From Malacoraja senta (Eukaryota): 64,000 nucleotides of DNA. Shown piece after piece: positions 13,535 to 26,189 of this stretch; within the stretch, counting starts at the first letter, position 1; every line of letters starts with the position of its first letter. The position numbers and the translations under genes are program-made. The notes under the pieces were generated by a model that saw only the letters and a program-made list of their open reading frames with translations, made no database searches and was not told the origin of the DNA. The DNA lies in contig CM075996.1 in NCBI GenBank assembly GCA_038087875.1, forward strand, positions 1,428,001-1,492,000, in the 5' to 3' direction.

Positions 13535-14607
13535 TCAGTTCAGTTTAGTTTATTGTCACATGTACCGAGGTACAGTGAAAAGCTTTTGTTGCATGCTAAC
13601 CAGTCAGCGGAAAGACAATACATGATTACAATAGATCCATTTACAGTGTACAGATACAGGATGAGGGAATAACGTTTAGCGCAAGGTAAACATAGACAAT
13701 AGGTGCAGGAGTAGGCCATTCGGCCCTTCGAGCCTGCACCGCCATTCAATATGATCATGGCTGATCATCCAACTCAGTATCCTGTACCTGCCTTCTCTCC
13801 ATACCCCCGATCCCTTTAGCCACAAGGGCCACATCTAACTCCCTCTTAAATATAGCCAATGAACTGGCCTCAACTACCTTCTGTGGCAGAGAATTCCACA
13901 GATTCACCACTCTGTGTGAAAAATATTTCTCTCATCTCGGTCCTAAAAGATTTCCCCCTTATCTTTAAACTGTGACCCCTTGTTCTGGACTTGCCCAACA
14001 TCGGGAACAATCTTCCTGCATCTAGCCTGTCCAACCCCTTAAGAATGTTGTAAGTTTCTATAAGATCCCCCCTCAATCTTCTAAATTCTAGCGAGTACAA
14101 GCCAAGTCTATCCAGTCTTTCTTCATATGAAAGTCCTGCCATCCCAGGAATCAGTCTGGTGAACCTTCTCTGTACTCCCTCTATGGCAAGAATGTCTTTT
14201 CTCAGATATGGAGACCAAAACTGTACGCAATACTCCAGGTGTGGTCTCACCAAGAGCCAGTAAGGTCCGGTCAAGGATAGTCTGAGGGTCAACAATGAGG
14301 TATTTAGTCGTTCATGACAGCTCTCTGGTTGTGGTAGGATGGTTCAGTTGCCTGATAACAGCTGGGAAGAAACTGTCCCTGAATCTGGAGGTGTGCGTTT
14401 TCGCACTTCTGCACCTTTTGCCTGATGGGAGAGGGGAGAAGAGGGAGTGCAACCTGTTGTTGATTATGCTGCTGGCCTTACCGAGACAGCATGAGGTGTA
14501 AATGCGATCAATAGAAGGGAAGTTGGTTTGTGTGATGGCCTGGGCTGCGTCCACAATTCACTAACATTTCTTATGGCCCTGGATGGAGCTGTTCCCAAAC
14601 CAAGCTG
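13535..14607 (-). mobile_element. Rex1/Babar 3' fragment split by a CR1 3' fragment (about 13690-14255)
   Basis: ORF 14312-14554 encodes the Rex C-terminus and the tail lies at 13535-13690. The CR1 ORF 13870-14295 sits between them. Confidence 0.8.
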
Positions 14608-14666
14608 ACATTTTTATTAAGAATCATTTGATTTTTAATTATATTGTCATGGACTGGTATTGCTGA

Positions 14667-14982
14667 AGGGCCTGTCCCACTTTCCCGAGCTGCTCACGAA
14701 TTCTCCCGAGTTTTCCCCTTGATTCAAACTCGGAGAATGTTCGTAACGGGTCCGTAGATATATCGTAGCGGCTCGTTATGTCAGCCGTAGGTAGTTGGGG
14801 CATCAGGTAAGTCGGGACGTTTTTTCTAGCATGACAAAAAAATGTCCATGAGTAAAAAGATAGTCGGGAGGAGAATAATTGCAACATTTAATGCCCCCGA
14901 GTACCTACGGACCCATTACGAACATTCTCTTAGAAAACTCGGGAGAATTCGTGAGCAGCTCGGGGAAAGTGGGACAGGCCCT
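14667..14982. mobile_element. PIF/Harbinger-like MITE (family A)
   Basis: TIRs of about 48 bp starting AGGGCCTGTCCCACTT, flanked by tga and tta. Confidence 0.85.
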
Positions 14983-15074
14983 TTAGCCTGCATTGCATTA
15001 GAAACATGTAGCCAATTGCTCTCATTTCTTTATTATTTTCAGAATCTAGATCTTGAGTGTGTTGGTCATTGTGG

Positions 15075-15520
15075 GCTCTGTCCACCATGGCCTGCTGGAT
15101 CCCCCCGGTTGCTAACTACTTTAACTCTCCTTTCCATTCCAATACTGATCTTTCTGTCCTGGGCCTCCTCCATTGCCAGAGTGAGGCCACACTCGCAAAC
15201 TGGAGGAACAGCGCCTCGTATTCCGCTTGCGTAGCTGACAACCAAGTGGTATGAACAAAGAATTCTCCAATTTTAGTTAACTAACCTGAAAGCAAGCCTT
15301 CCTTCCCCCCGTTCACTAGGCCCCACCTTGACTCGCACACATTCATCCCCACCCCCCACCTCTTCTACCTATTCCTTCCTCTGGCTTCACAATTTGCAGC
15401 TCTTCTATCTTTATCTGACGTTTTTTTTTTTCCATCTCTGGTCTTTGTCCAACCATCTGCCTATCAACCCCGCTCCCCCTTCACCTGTATCCACCAGACT
15501 CTCCAGACTGTCCTTCCTCT
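15075..15520 (+). mobile_element. Penelope-like GIY-YIG C-terminal fragment and 3' region
   Basis: PVANYFNSPFHSNTDLSVLGLLHCQSEA..KLEEQRLVFRL..QPSGMN. Similar pieces at 39100-39500 (+, including VGETKR), 1510-1855 (-) and 61565-62040 (-). Confidence 0.8.
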
Positions 15521-17084
15521 CCTCCGGAGTGCTGGAGTAACTCAGCGGGTCAGGCAGCATCTGTGGAGAACATGGATAGGTGACGTTTCACAGAGTGCTG
15601 GAGTAACTCAGCGGGACAGGCAGCATCTGTGGACAACATGGATAGGTGACGTTTCACAGAGTGCTGGAGTTACTCAGCGGGTCAGGCAGCATCTGTGGAG
15701 AACATGGATAGGTGACGTTTCACAGAGTGCTGGAGTAACTCAGCGGGTCAGGCAGCATCTGTGGAGAACATGGATAGGTGACGTTTTGGGTCTAGACTGA
15801 TTGGTGGGGGGGTGGGGGTTAAGAAATCTGGAAGAGAAGGGGCACTTATTAGGTTGATACAGACAAAGAGTGTTTTTGATAGGATCGTGGACAAAGATTC
15901 AAACCGAAGATAGACACAGAATGCTGGAGTAACTCAGCGGGTCAGGCAGCATCTGTGGAGATCATGGATACATGGAAAAAGGACGGGTGACGTTTTGGGT
16001 CGGAACCTTCTTCAGACTGGTCACACCAGTTCAGTTTCTTGTCAATGGTAACTCCCAGGGTATTGATACAGGGGGAGTCGGCAATGATGATGCATTGTGA
16101 GTGTCAGGTGGTGATCGCTGGAGTTTCTCATTGGATTTACTGAGGGGGTGACAAAAATGCACAAATCTCCCCCTAAAATCCTAAAGCTGAGACTCTCAGT
16201 GTCCAAAAGTGTCCCCCCCAGTGACTAGAGATGAGAGTTGAGGTGTTTATTCACCCAGAGAGTGGTGAGTCTGTGGAATTCTCTGCCTCAGAGGGCAGTG
16301 GAGGCAGGTTCTCTGGATACTTTCAAGAGAGAGCTAGATAGGACTCTTAAAGATAGTGGAGTCGGGGGATATGGGGAGAAGGCAAGAACGGGGTACTGAT
16401 TGTGGATGATCAGCCATGATCATATTGAATGGCGGTGCTGGCTCGAAGGGCCGAATGGCCTACTCCTGCACCTATTGTCTTTATTTTCTGTGAACTGTAC
16501 CGATGATCTCCGTGTCATCTGCAGTGGAGGTGTTTGACTGTAGCGGTACAGGTGTGTAGCATTGGGCAAGGGCACAGTGGACTGCAGGTGAATGGCTGGC
16601 TTCACCTGCTCTTGAAGCAAACAGTGGAGTGTGTGGTCGCAGAGGTCAGCTGTAAGCCTGTGTGATCAGAGGAGGAAGTTAAAGGCTTAGAAAATATAAA
16701 CCACTTCTTAAAGGGACAAAAATAGATGAATCTTTGGTCAGGGACTTCATGGTAACCTGAATCTTTTACCTCAGCTTGAAAGTGTGGAGAAAGTACCTCC
16801 AGTGTATAAACTAAACCTCCTTATTCTGTAGTTCTTTAAATACGTTAAAGATAAAATAAAAATTAAAGAATTATGGAATGATGTTATTTTGGTTGGAGGT
16901 AATTTCTCGAGACTTTTTCAACGTACCTTTCATTAATACGTATCTAATTTGTCTTTTGAATGAATATCTTGCTATTTATAATCTTTCCCTCGCACTCTCT
17001 CTCACCTGTAAACCCTGCCAAGCTGATGCAAAGCTGATAAGATGCTGGACATTTGCAGTAAGAAGCACTATGGTGAGGCTGTCT

Positions 17085-17312
17085 GGGGCCTGTCCCACTT
17101 TCACGACCTAATTCACGACCTCTGCTGAGTCTGCCCTTGACTCACACTCGCAGCATGGTCGTCACGAGATCGTAGGTAGGTCGTAGCAGGCCGTGATGCC
17201 AGTCGTAGGTACTCGTGGCATCAAGTAGGTCGGGGGCGTTTGTCTAGCCTGATGAAAAATGTCCACGAGTAAAAAAGGTCGTGAATTAGGTCGTGAAAGT
17301 GGGACAGGCCCT
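17085..17312. mobile_element. Harbinger-like MITE (family B)
   Basis: TIR gggcctgtcccactttcacgacctaattcacgacc. The internal sequence is the reverse complement of 59282-59498. Confidence 0.85.
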
Positions 17313-17818
17313 TCTCTCATAGAAATTGTGTTAACTGACTGGGCCAATTATCTTCTTAAATTTACCCCTCCTAATTCTCCCAAAAGATAAAGCCCTTGAG
17401 GCTGTGTCAATTACTTACTTTTTAATTACAGACTCAAGATCCAGATAAAAGACAAGACATTACATAGAATAAATTGCATACAAAGGCACAATAAATGACA
17501 CACAAAAGCACAGTAAATTACTTACAAAAGCACAATACATGGTTTAAGATCAAGAATAAAAAAACAGATTTGCAGACTTTTTGTTGTTAAGGACTCTGGT
17601 CAAAGATAACACAGTCACATTCCAAGTGAAAAGGTACACAGTGAGTGAAATAAGATTGGCTGCTTGTGTCCCTGTATACAACTGGCCTTTCAGCACAATT
17701 TTAATTATATTTGTTTGTGCATGTGTTAAACCTGAATAGTTTTGGTTATAAATCTGCACTGCTGTTTGGAAAGAGATTTCAAACTCAATTTTTCTTGGAT
17801 CTTCTGTTTTCTCTGCAG

Positions 17819-17871
17819 GTGCTGTGTGCAGTTACTGTAGATCTCGTCAGTCAGAGCTGTATCAGAAGGAG
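17819..17871 (+). CDS. POLD1: POLD1 exon, second half of CysA
   Basis: ttttctctgcag acceptor, GTACGA donor. (G)AVCSYCRSRQSELYQKE. 53 bp, phase 1 to 0. Confidence 0.95.
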
Positions 17872-18990
17872 GTACGACAACATCATATATTAGGATTGGA
17901 GAGCTGTATTATGCCTTGGTGAAATGTGTTCCTTTAGTTATACAGTGTACTCCGTTACACACCAGTGGGTAAAAGCACCGCACAGCGCACCGTGAAATGG
18001 ATGTATTTGTTGACCCAGTGACAACCAACTCGCCCTAAAAGGATTTTGGAATTAAGTTTCATGCAGGATTTGATCTCATAATTTGTCTGCTTCTCCAACA
18101 CCAGCAATGCAAGAGAACATTGAGAGCCCAACCACCCTTCTGATTTGCCCCTTGTGCATCAAATTGAATGCTTTGCCACATCCAGCATCCAGCGCGCTGT
18201 GGGCATTGATTTGTCCAAAGAAAAGGTGTTTATCTGAAGAAAAAAACAATGGGCCACATTAGTTTAGAGATACAGCATGGAAAGGGCCCACCGTGTCCGC
18301 GCCGACCAGCGATTCCCCTTCACTAGTACTATCCCAAACACATTAAGGACAATTTTTACCGAAGCCAATTAATCTACAACCTGTCTGACTTTGGAGCGTG
18401 GGAGGAAACCGGAGCACCCGGGGAAAACCCACGCGGTCACGGGGAGAACGTACAAACTCTGTACAGACAACACGCATAGTCAGGATCAAACCCGGGTCTC
18501 TGATGCTGTAAGGCAGCAACTCTACCCGCTGCGCCACCCTGCCGCCCCAAGTATTTTAATTTTGAAAGACAAGCCATTTGGAAAGCAGTTACTTTAATCG
18601 CAGGTTTATTATACTGGTTGATCTATGGAAGCACTAGAATACACCTCCTTGTTAAAGATTGGGGCAGGATTCAATCACAATGGTAACCAACAAAGAACAT
18701 CAAGAATTAACCATCTTTCATTTTAATATTCTGAATTTAAATCTTTAAATTGTTAACTGTGAAATTAATTTATATTATTTGTTTAGATATAAAGTTTAGG
18801 CACTGGCGATTCTCTGATACTGAGTTGAGATCTGGTCACTAGCACATGCAGGTTTAGAATATAGTCAAAGTCTTTGGATGCAGAGGAAAGGTGTAGGAAG
18901 GAACTGCAGATGCTGGTTTAAATCGAAGGTAGGCACAAACTGCTGGAGTAACTCAGCGGGACAGGCAGCATCTCTGGAGAGAAGGAATGG

Positions 18991-19020
18991 GTGACGTTTC
19001 GGGTCGAGACCCTTCTTCAG
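18991..19020 (-). ncRNA. Minimal type I hammerhead ribozyme core in a Penelope pLTR (representative copy)
   Basis: CUGAAGA-A-GGGUC-UC-GACCC-GAAACGUC: conserved core boxes, helix II hairpin, palindromic ACGU helix III and a GUC cleavage triplet. Many degenerate copies occur across the window. Confidence 0.65.
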
Positions 19021-20165
19021 AATGTAGGATGCAGAAGCAATTAAGAAAATTGGGGTTTGTGAGACTTGGTTACGTTGAGACTCTGTAAAATTTGATCTGA
19101 AAGCAAAGACAGTTACGAAGGGATTAAGCAGGGGCATTCAACCTGTGCCTGTGGCAGAAGAGTTAGCAACCTGAGAAATGTAATTTAGCAAGGGAGTTTA
19201 CCACTGATTGTAAAAACGGGCGTACAGGTGATTAATTGGCCTTGCTGACATGGGGATAAGGTGAGGTGGAAGGCAGTTAACGCTCGACAGGTAAGGGATT
19301 TTCCAACAATTTTAAATAATGTTTTCTTTTGGAGATGTAGACCAGTAAGTTAGCTGTGGTATTCCCCCCATTGTAACTGGATAGTGTTTTGTTACAGGGT
19401 GCTGGTATGCATTGCAACACGCAGAAATACACCAAAGCTTACAATTACACTCTGACGGTTGGATTAATTAAATCGAGCAGGGAATGGTGACAAAATTTCC
19501 AAGGGTTGACTGAAAGATGTGATGAAAACATGACAGCAGGGTACTCTGTACTTGCCAGCAATCCTGGAAGAACATTTAGGGACTGAAGACAATGTGTTGT
19601 CTTCGACTGAAGCGGTGTTAGAAAGCAACTTGTTCCTGTGCTGGTGACATATTGTCAGCTGTTCAACACTGGGAAGAAGGGAAATTCCTTCATCCAAAAT
19701 ACTCTATCATCTTGTGTAGGAAAGAACTGCAGATGCTGGTTTAAATCTAAGGTAGGCACTAAATGCTGGAGTAACTCAGTGGGACAGGCAGCATCTCTGG
19801 AGAGAAGGAATGGGTGACGTTTCGGGTCGAGACTGAAGAATGGTCTCAACCCGTAAGGTCATCCATTCCTTCTTTCCAGAGATGCTGCCTGTCCCGCTGA
19901 GTTACTCCAGAATTTTGTGTCTACGTGTATCATCTTTTAATGGGTTCTGAGGGAAATACTCTCAAGAACAAGAGACTCCAAGTGAGAACTTTCTAGCGGG
20001 AGTGTGAATTTTTGCAATCCTCTACCTTGGAGGACCAGGCCAGAATATATATTTAAGATTCAGGTGGACCTTTGTTCTACAGAAGAATTCAGGATTAATG
20101 GGATTTGGGCAGCGGGCTTTGTGGAGTAGGTGACTTCTTCCTGTTTAGTGTGTGTCCTTGGGAAA

Positions 20166-21150
20166 TGAGCATTTCCTTTCATTGCTACGCAGACGATACA
20201 CAACTCTATCTCCCCCTGAAGCCCAAAAACCAATCAAATCTGCTTAACCTTACCCACTGCCTCGAGGATATAAAGTGTTGGATGGCCCAGAACTTCCTCC
20301 AACTAAACGAGAGTAAGTCTGAGGTCATCCTTCTCGGCCCCTCGGACTCAATCAAAATGATAGCAGGCAGCCTTGGAAGCCTTACCCCACTACTCAAACC
20401 TCAGGTCAAAAACCTTGGCGTGATATTTGACTCAGCACTGAAATTTGACAAACAAGTCAATGCCGTGGTAAAAGCTAGCTTCTTTCAGCTTCGGACGATA
20501 GCTAAAATAAAACAATTCCTCCACTTTGATGACCTCGAAAAGATCATCCACACATTTATCTCCTCCCGCCTAGATTACTGCAACTCCCTTTACACTGGCA
20601 TCAGCCAATCTTCCCTGTCCCGCCTGCAACTGGTCCAAAACGCCGCAGCGAGACTCCTGACGGGCACCCGAAAAAGGGACCACATCACCCCGATCCTGGC
20701 CTCTCTCCACTGGCTCCCTGTACGGTTCCGTATAAACTTCAAGATCCTCCTCCATGTCTACAAAGCCCTCAATGGGCTTGCCCCCACCTACATAAAAAGT
20801 CTTCTCACCCACCACTCCACCTCCAGGTCCCTCAGATCGGCCGACTTGGGGTTGCTGAATATCCCGCGGTCTAGGCATAAGCTCAGGGGCGACCACGCCT
20901 TTGCGGTTGCAGCTCCTAGACTGTGGAACAGCATCCCCCTTCCCATCAGAACTGCCCCTTCCATCGACTCCTTTAAGTCAAGACTAAAAACTTATCTATA
21001 CTCCCAAGCCTTTCTTGACGTCCTCTGAGCGAGGGCTATATGTATATATGTATTTAGTTTGTAGTTATACTATTCTTATAACAAATGTAAAGCACTTTGG
21101 CCAACGAGAGTTGTTTTTTAAATGTGCTATATAAATAAATGTGACTTGAC
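20166..21150 (+). mobile_element. L2-clade LINE 3' fragment with an intact RT C-terminal frame
   Basis: HCYADDTQLY...LDYCNSL...LQLVQNAAARLL...LHWLPV, followed by a 3' tail ending gtgacttgac. Confidence 0.92.
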
Positions 21151-21645
21151 ATTACAGAGTGGTGTGAATACCCTGTTCTTGGGTATGCTCAAGGCTGACA
21201 ATTTTAGATTTTTTGAACATTTAAGTATCAAGGAGTGTAGACAGGAAAATGGAGTTGAAGTATGCTATTGTCCACATAATTAAGGAGGGCATGGTGCCTA
21301 CTCCACCTCATACACACCTCGTGCCCCTGCAATAAATAACTGTGCCTACATTTCCACTGGAAACTTGTCACTAAACTTGTTTTGTCATTGCAACCACCCA
21401 CCAGCTCCACAATAAGAAATGTGATAAAATACTCACAGTTGTGACATCTTTTTTTAAAACAAAAAACACACAAGGCCAAGAGTGTGATTATTTTTTTTGG
21501 TTCCTTTTGTCACCCCCTTCATGATTTGAGAGGGTGATCACACGAAACAAATCTGCTGAAGATTTTTAGTCAAAGCAAGTTTCTCCCCAATATTCTCCAT
21601 TTGTCTTCACAATCCCATCTCTGCCTTCCTCTCTCTCTCTCTCAG

Positions 21646-21743
21646 ATATCTCAGTTGAAGCTGCTGGAGGAGAAGTTTTCACGCTTGTGGACACAGTGCC
21701 AGCGATGTCAGGGCAGTCTGCATGAGGAGGTACTTTGCACCAG
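21646..21743 (+). CDS. POLD1: POLD1 exon, CysB (Fe-S) motif
   Basis: (CT)n-CAG acceptor, GTAGGA donor. [32 protein letters not shown](S). 98 bp. Confidence 0.97.
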
Positions 21744-21886
21744 GTAGGAGATGATCTTCACACTCCCATATTTAACGTGCCTCATGGAAATTGCCCTTCA
21801 CCCTGAACTATCTTCACTGGGACTTCAGGCTTTAGACTTTAAAGATACAGCAGGGGAACTGATATGCAGTCTGACCCACTGAGTTA

Positions 21887-22520
21887 AGGGCATGTCGCAC
21901 TTGGCCGTCATTCGCGCGCCATTTACGTGACCTGCTAACGTGTGGGTAGCGCGGGACGGGCACATGGAGTGGCGTGGAGGCGTGTGGTGGAGGAGTGTGG
22001 ACTTCGTCCTGCATGAAATCTTCGCGCGCCACCGACCTGTCGCATAACTGACGGCCAAAGTGGGACAGGCCCAAGACCCTGGCGCGGCGCAACGTCTCAC
22101 CTCCAACAGCAGCAGAAGCAGGCAAACGATCGCCGAACTCGACCTGGGGCTCATGGCCATTGCGGATCTGGATCCGCCCCCACTCCTACTCCCAGAGCGG
22201 GGCCAAGAAAATTGAAGATAGACACAAAATGCAGGAGTAACTCAGCGGGACAGGCAGCATCTCTGGAGAGAAGGAATGGGTGATGTTTCGGGTCGAGACC
22301 CTTCTTCAGACTGAAGAAGAGTCTCGACCCGAAACATCATCCATTCCTTTTCTCTGGAGATGCTGCCGGTCCCGCTGAGTTACTCCTGCATTTTGTGTCT
22401 ATCTTCAAATGACGTCACGCGCTCCAGACGGCTGTGCGGGCACATGGTGACATGCGCGACCGTCGCGCATCAGTCACTACCGGCCTGTCCCGTAAATGAC
22501 GGCCAATTGGGACAGGCCCT
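21887..22520. mobile_element. Harbinger-like MITE (family C) with TTA TSD and a nested Penelope palindrome
   Basis: tta|agggcatgtcgcactt...tgggacaggccct|tta. Extra internal right TIR at about 22058-22072 and a palindrome at 22212-22408. Confidence 0.8.
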
Positions 22521-25419
22521 TTACGCTAGCTTTTTGTGTCTTATCTTATGGAAACAGGTCCTTCAGCCCCCTGAGTCCGCGCCGACCAGCAATCACACCG
22601 TACACTAACACTTTCCAACACACTGGGAACAATTTCTAGAAGCCAATTAACCTACAAACCTGTATATCTTTGGAGTGTGTGAGGAAACCGGAGCACCCGC
22701 AGAAAACCCACGCGGTCACAGGGAGAACGTACAAACTCCATACAGACAGCACCCACAGTCAGGATCGAACCTGGTTCTCTGGCGCTGTAAGGTAGCAACT
22801 CTACCTCTGCCCTTTCATTTCAATATTTTTTAAAATGAAACATCCTCACCACTCCAGTTTACATTCGAATTCCAGCCACAGCAGCGCACCATTCAAAAAT
22901 CTGGCCGCTGTACCGCTCTTTAATCTTGCCCTGCCTTCTATTCCTCCTCTAACTCACGTTCCAGGGCTGGCATTGACTGCACCAATAAAGGTTATCAGCT
23001 TTGGAAACAAAGGTGGGTTCTAGGTCACGGATTTGCCTTAATATTAAATGAATGGCAGAATGAATTGGGCGGCACAATGGCTCAGCGGTAGAGTTGCTGT
23101 GTTACAGCGCCAGAGACCCGGGTTCGATCGTGATTACGGGTGCTGTCCGTGCAGAGTTTGTGCGTTCTCCTCGTGACCGCGTAGGTTTTCCCAAACCAGG
23201 TGCTTCGGTTTCCTCCCACATTCCAAAGATGTGCAGGTTTGTAGATTAATTGGCTTTGGTAAAATTGTAACTTGTCCGTAGTGTGTACGGGGTGATTGGT
23301 GGTCAGCATGGACTCAGTGGGTTGAAGGGCCTGTTTCTGCAAAGTCGAAAGAATAGATTCAATGGGTTAAGCAACTTCCTGTTATTCTTTCACTTCTGAT
23401 CCATTAACCCCTTTTGATTTTCTGAGCTTTTTAATTCACATCCCTACTGTGGACCAGCAGAGGTTTGTGACTTTGCATTTGTATTCACAGTCTGTGTGTA
23501 AAAATATATATATGTTTAAAGTCAATGTTAAATGATCCCTCCCCTAGCGTGAATGATAACACAGGCTCTGACATGGTTGGGAGGGTGCAAGCAGTGTTCA
23601 CAGTGAAGCTAACATTGAGCTTGCCACGGAGTTTCATCTGTTTTTGCCAGACACCGAGGTATCTGTATTTTCTAAACGCTACACAATGAAACAATGTACA
23701 AAATCATGAGAGGAATAGATCATGTAGACGCACAAAGTCTCTTCCCCAGAGTAGGAGAATCGAGAACCAGAGGACATAGGTTTAAGGTGAGGGGGAATAG
23801 ATTTAATAGGAATAGGATGATTTAATAGGAATTTCCTGTTAATAATTACCTGGGAGGTAACGTTTCACACAAAGGGTGGTGGGTGTATGGAACCAACTGC
23901 CAGAGGAGGTAGTTAAAGCAGGGACTGTCCCAACGTTCAAGAAACAGTTGGACAGGTGCATGGATAGGATAGGTTTAAAGGGATATGAGCCAAACGCAGG
24001 CAGGTGGAACTAATGTAGATGGGACGTGTTGGTCGGTGTGGGCAAGTTGGCCCAAAGGGCCTGTATGACTCTGATAACAACTTTCTCTGACTTCTACCTG
24101 TTAATTCAGAACAATGCTACCAAGTGTAGGGCCATGATATCAGTTCATTGATCAGATGTCAAGGTTTGAGACTGGAGGGTTTTGCACACCAGTTGGTCAG
24201 GAAAACATGCCGTGTATTATCTGCTTCCTGTTGTGTTGATCGCAGCCTTGTTGCACTACCTCAACCCGTTAACCCTGAATCGCAGAATGTGTGGGCTTCC
24301 CTGTGTAAGGGGCGCGCTGAATAAGGGGAGATGCTGCCTTTGACAGGTTACCGTGTGAGACAGTTAAGATGGATATTAGACTTCAAGTGCTCTGAGGAAG
24401 AGTTGAATAAATCATGCTTCACTTGTGAACAAGGCCAGATTTGACAGGACTGAATAAAAATGTTCTCGGCTTTGATGGGAATTAATCTGGTGACCTAGAA
24501 AGTTATTTCTTCTAACTAGGGAAAATATTTCTGGAAGTGAAACGTATTAGATATTTATAAACTGCTTGAAGAAGATGCCATGATAGATTCATCATAAAAC
24601 TCAGGACAGTACAGCACAGGAACTGGCACTTTAGCTCGCATGTCTGTGCCAAACGGTACTCATCTCCTCACCCTGTATGTGATCTACATCTCACCTTTCC
24701 CTGCATATCCATGTGTATATCTACAGTGCCCTCCCTAATGTTTGGGACAAAGATCCATCATTTATTTATTTGCCTCTGTATTCCACAATTTGAGAATTGT
24801 AATAGCTTACCATGAGGGACATTACCAAACACCTTACTAAAATCCATGTAGACAACATCCACTGCTCTATCCATACTGATCATCTTCACCCCCTCCCCAC
24901 ACCAACCATTGATCACCCATTCACATTTGTGCTGTGTTATCCCACTTTCTCAACCATTCTCTGCACACTAGGGGCGTTTTTTTTAACAAAGGCTAATTTA
25001 ACTATAAGCATGCACGACTTTGGCATTTGCTCGCGCCATCATTATGGCACATATTGTTTTTAAAGAGGAACAGTTAACTTTGGATTAAAGCGATTTTTCT
25101 CTGTAGCTGAGCCTTTCTCTTGGGTGAAGAGATAGTTTGGAGAAGTTAAATACTTGTGCGGTTTCTGAGGAGTGGGGAAGTATCACGAGGGTTTCTCCCT
25201 TATTTCCATGGGATCCTGGCATTACATCAGCCCAGCAGAGGCACAGAGAATCTCCCAAACACTGGTGGTATTTTTCCACATGCCGGAGCCCAAACCTAGC
25301 TGTCGCACGATATTGCGGGGGAATTTGAGACATGTTGACACAAGTGGTTAGTACAGGTCCACATAAAGGGAAATGTAACTCCATGAGGGATAAATGAGCA
25401 CAAGGGTTTGTTGTTGTAA

Positions 25420-25657
25420 AGGGCCTGGCCCACTTACCCGATTTTTTCGGCGACTTGCCGGCACCCGTCATAGTCGTAGCAGGTTGCCGAAAATTTTCAA
25501 CACGTTGAAAATCCAGCAGCGACCAGAAAAAAGTAACAGACTCTTTAGGCGACTACTCACGACATGTCGCGGGGTGACGCCTGTATGGTCGTGAGTAGTC
25601 GCCCAAAGAGCCGTACCTTTTTCTGGTCGCCGCTGGATTTTCAACATGCTGAAAATT
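25420..25657. mobile_element. Truncated Harbinger-like MITE (family D)
   Basis: taa|agggcctggcccactt left TIR and a long internal inverted repeat; right TIR missing. Confidence 0.7.
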
Positions 25658-26092
25658 AATGTTTGGAGCATGTATTTCTGGCCACTCCCTCTTCTCCCCT
25701 CTCCCTTCAAACAAGAGGTATAGAAGTGTGAAAACGAACACCTCCAGTTTCTTCCCAGCCGTTATTAGGCAGAAGAACTATCCTATCAAGAACTACATGA
25801 GCTACTATTTACCTCATTGGAGATCTCGAGGCTATCTTTAATTGGCTTAACTGGACTTTACCTTGCACTCAATGTTATTCCCTTTAGCATGTACTTGTTC
25901 ACTGGATGGCGTGATTGTAATCATGTATTGTCTTTCCGCTGACTGGTTAGCACGCAACAAAAAGCTTTTCACTGTACCTCGGTACACGTGACAATAAACT
26001 CAACTATGTCCTGGACTGAATGGCCTTGTCCTGTTTTGTAAATTCCACGTAACATCTTTCTCACATTCCCACCTCTCCCCGTTTCTCCGCAG

Positions 26093-26189
26093 TCGGGATT
26101 GCCCCATATTCTACATGCGGAAAAAAGTGCAGAAGGACCTCAGTGACCAGGAGAAGGTGATGGTGCGGTTTGGACCACCAGCCTGGTGA
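26093..26189 (+). CDS. POLD1: POLD1 terminal coding exon with stop codon
   Basis: tttctccgcag acceptor. (S)[31 protein letters not shown], with TGA ending at 26189. Confidence 0.97.
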
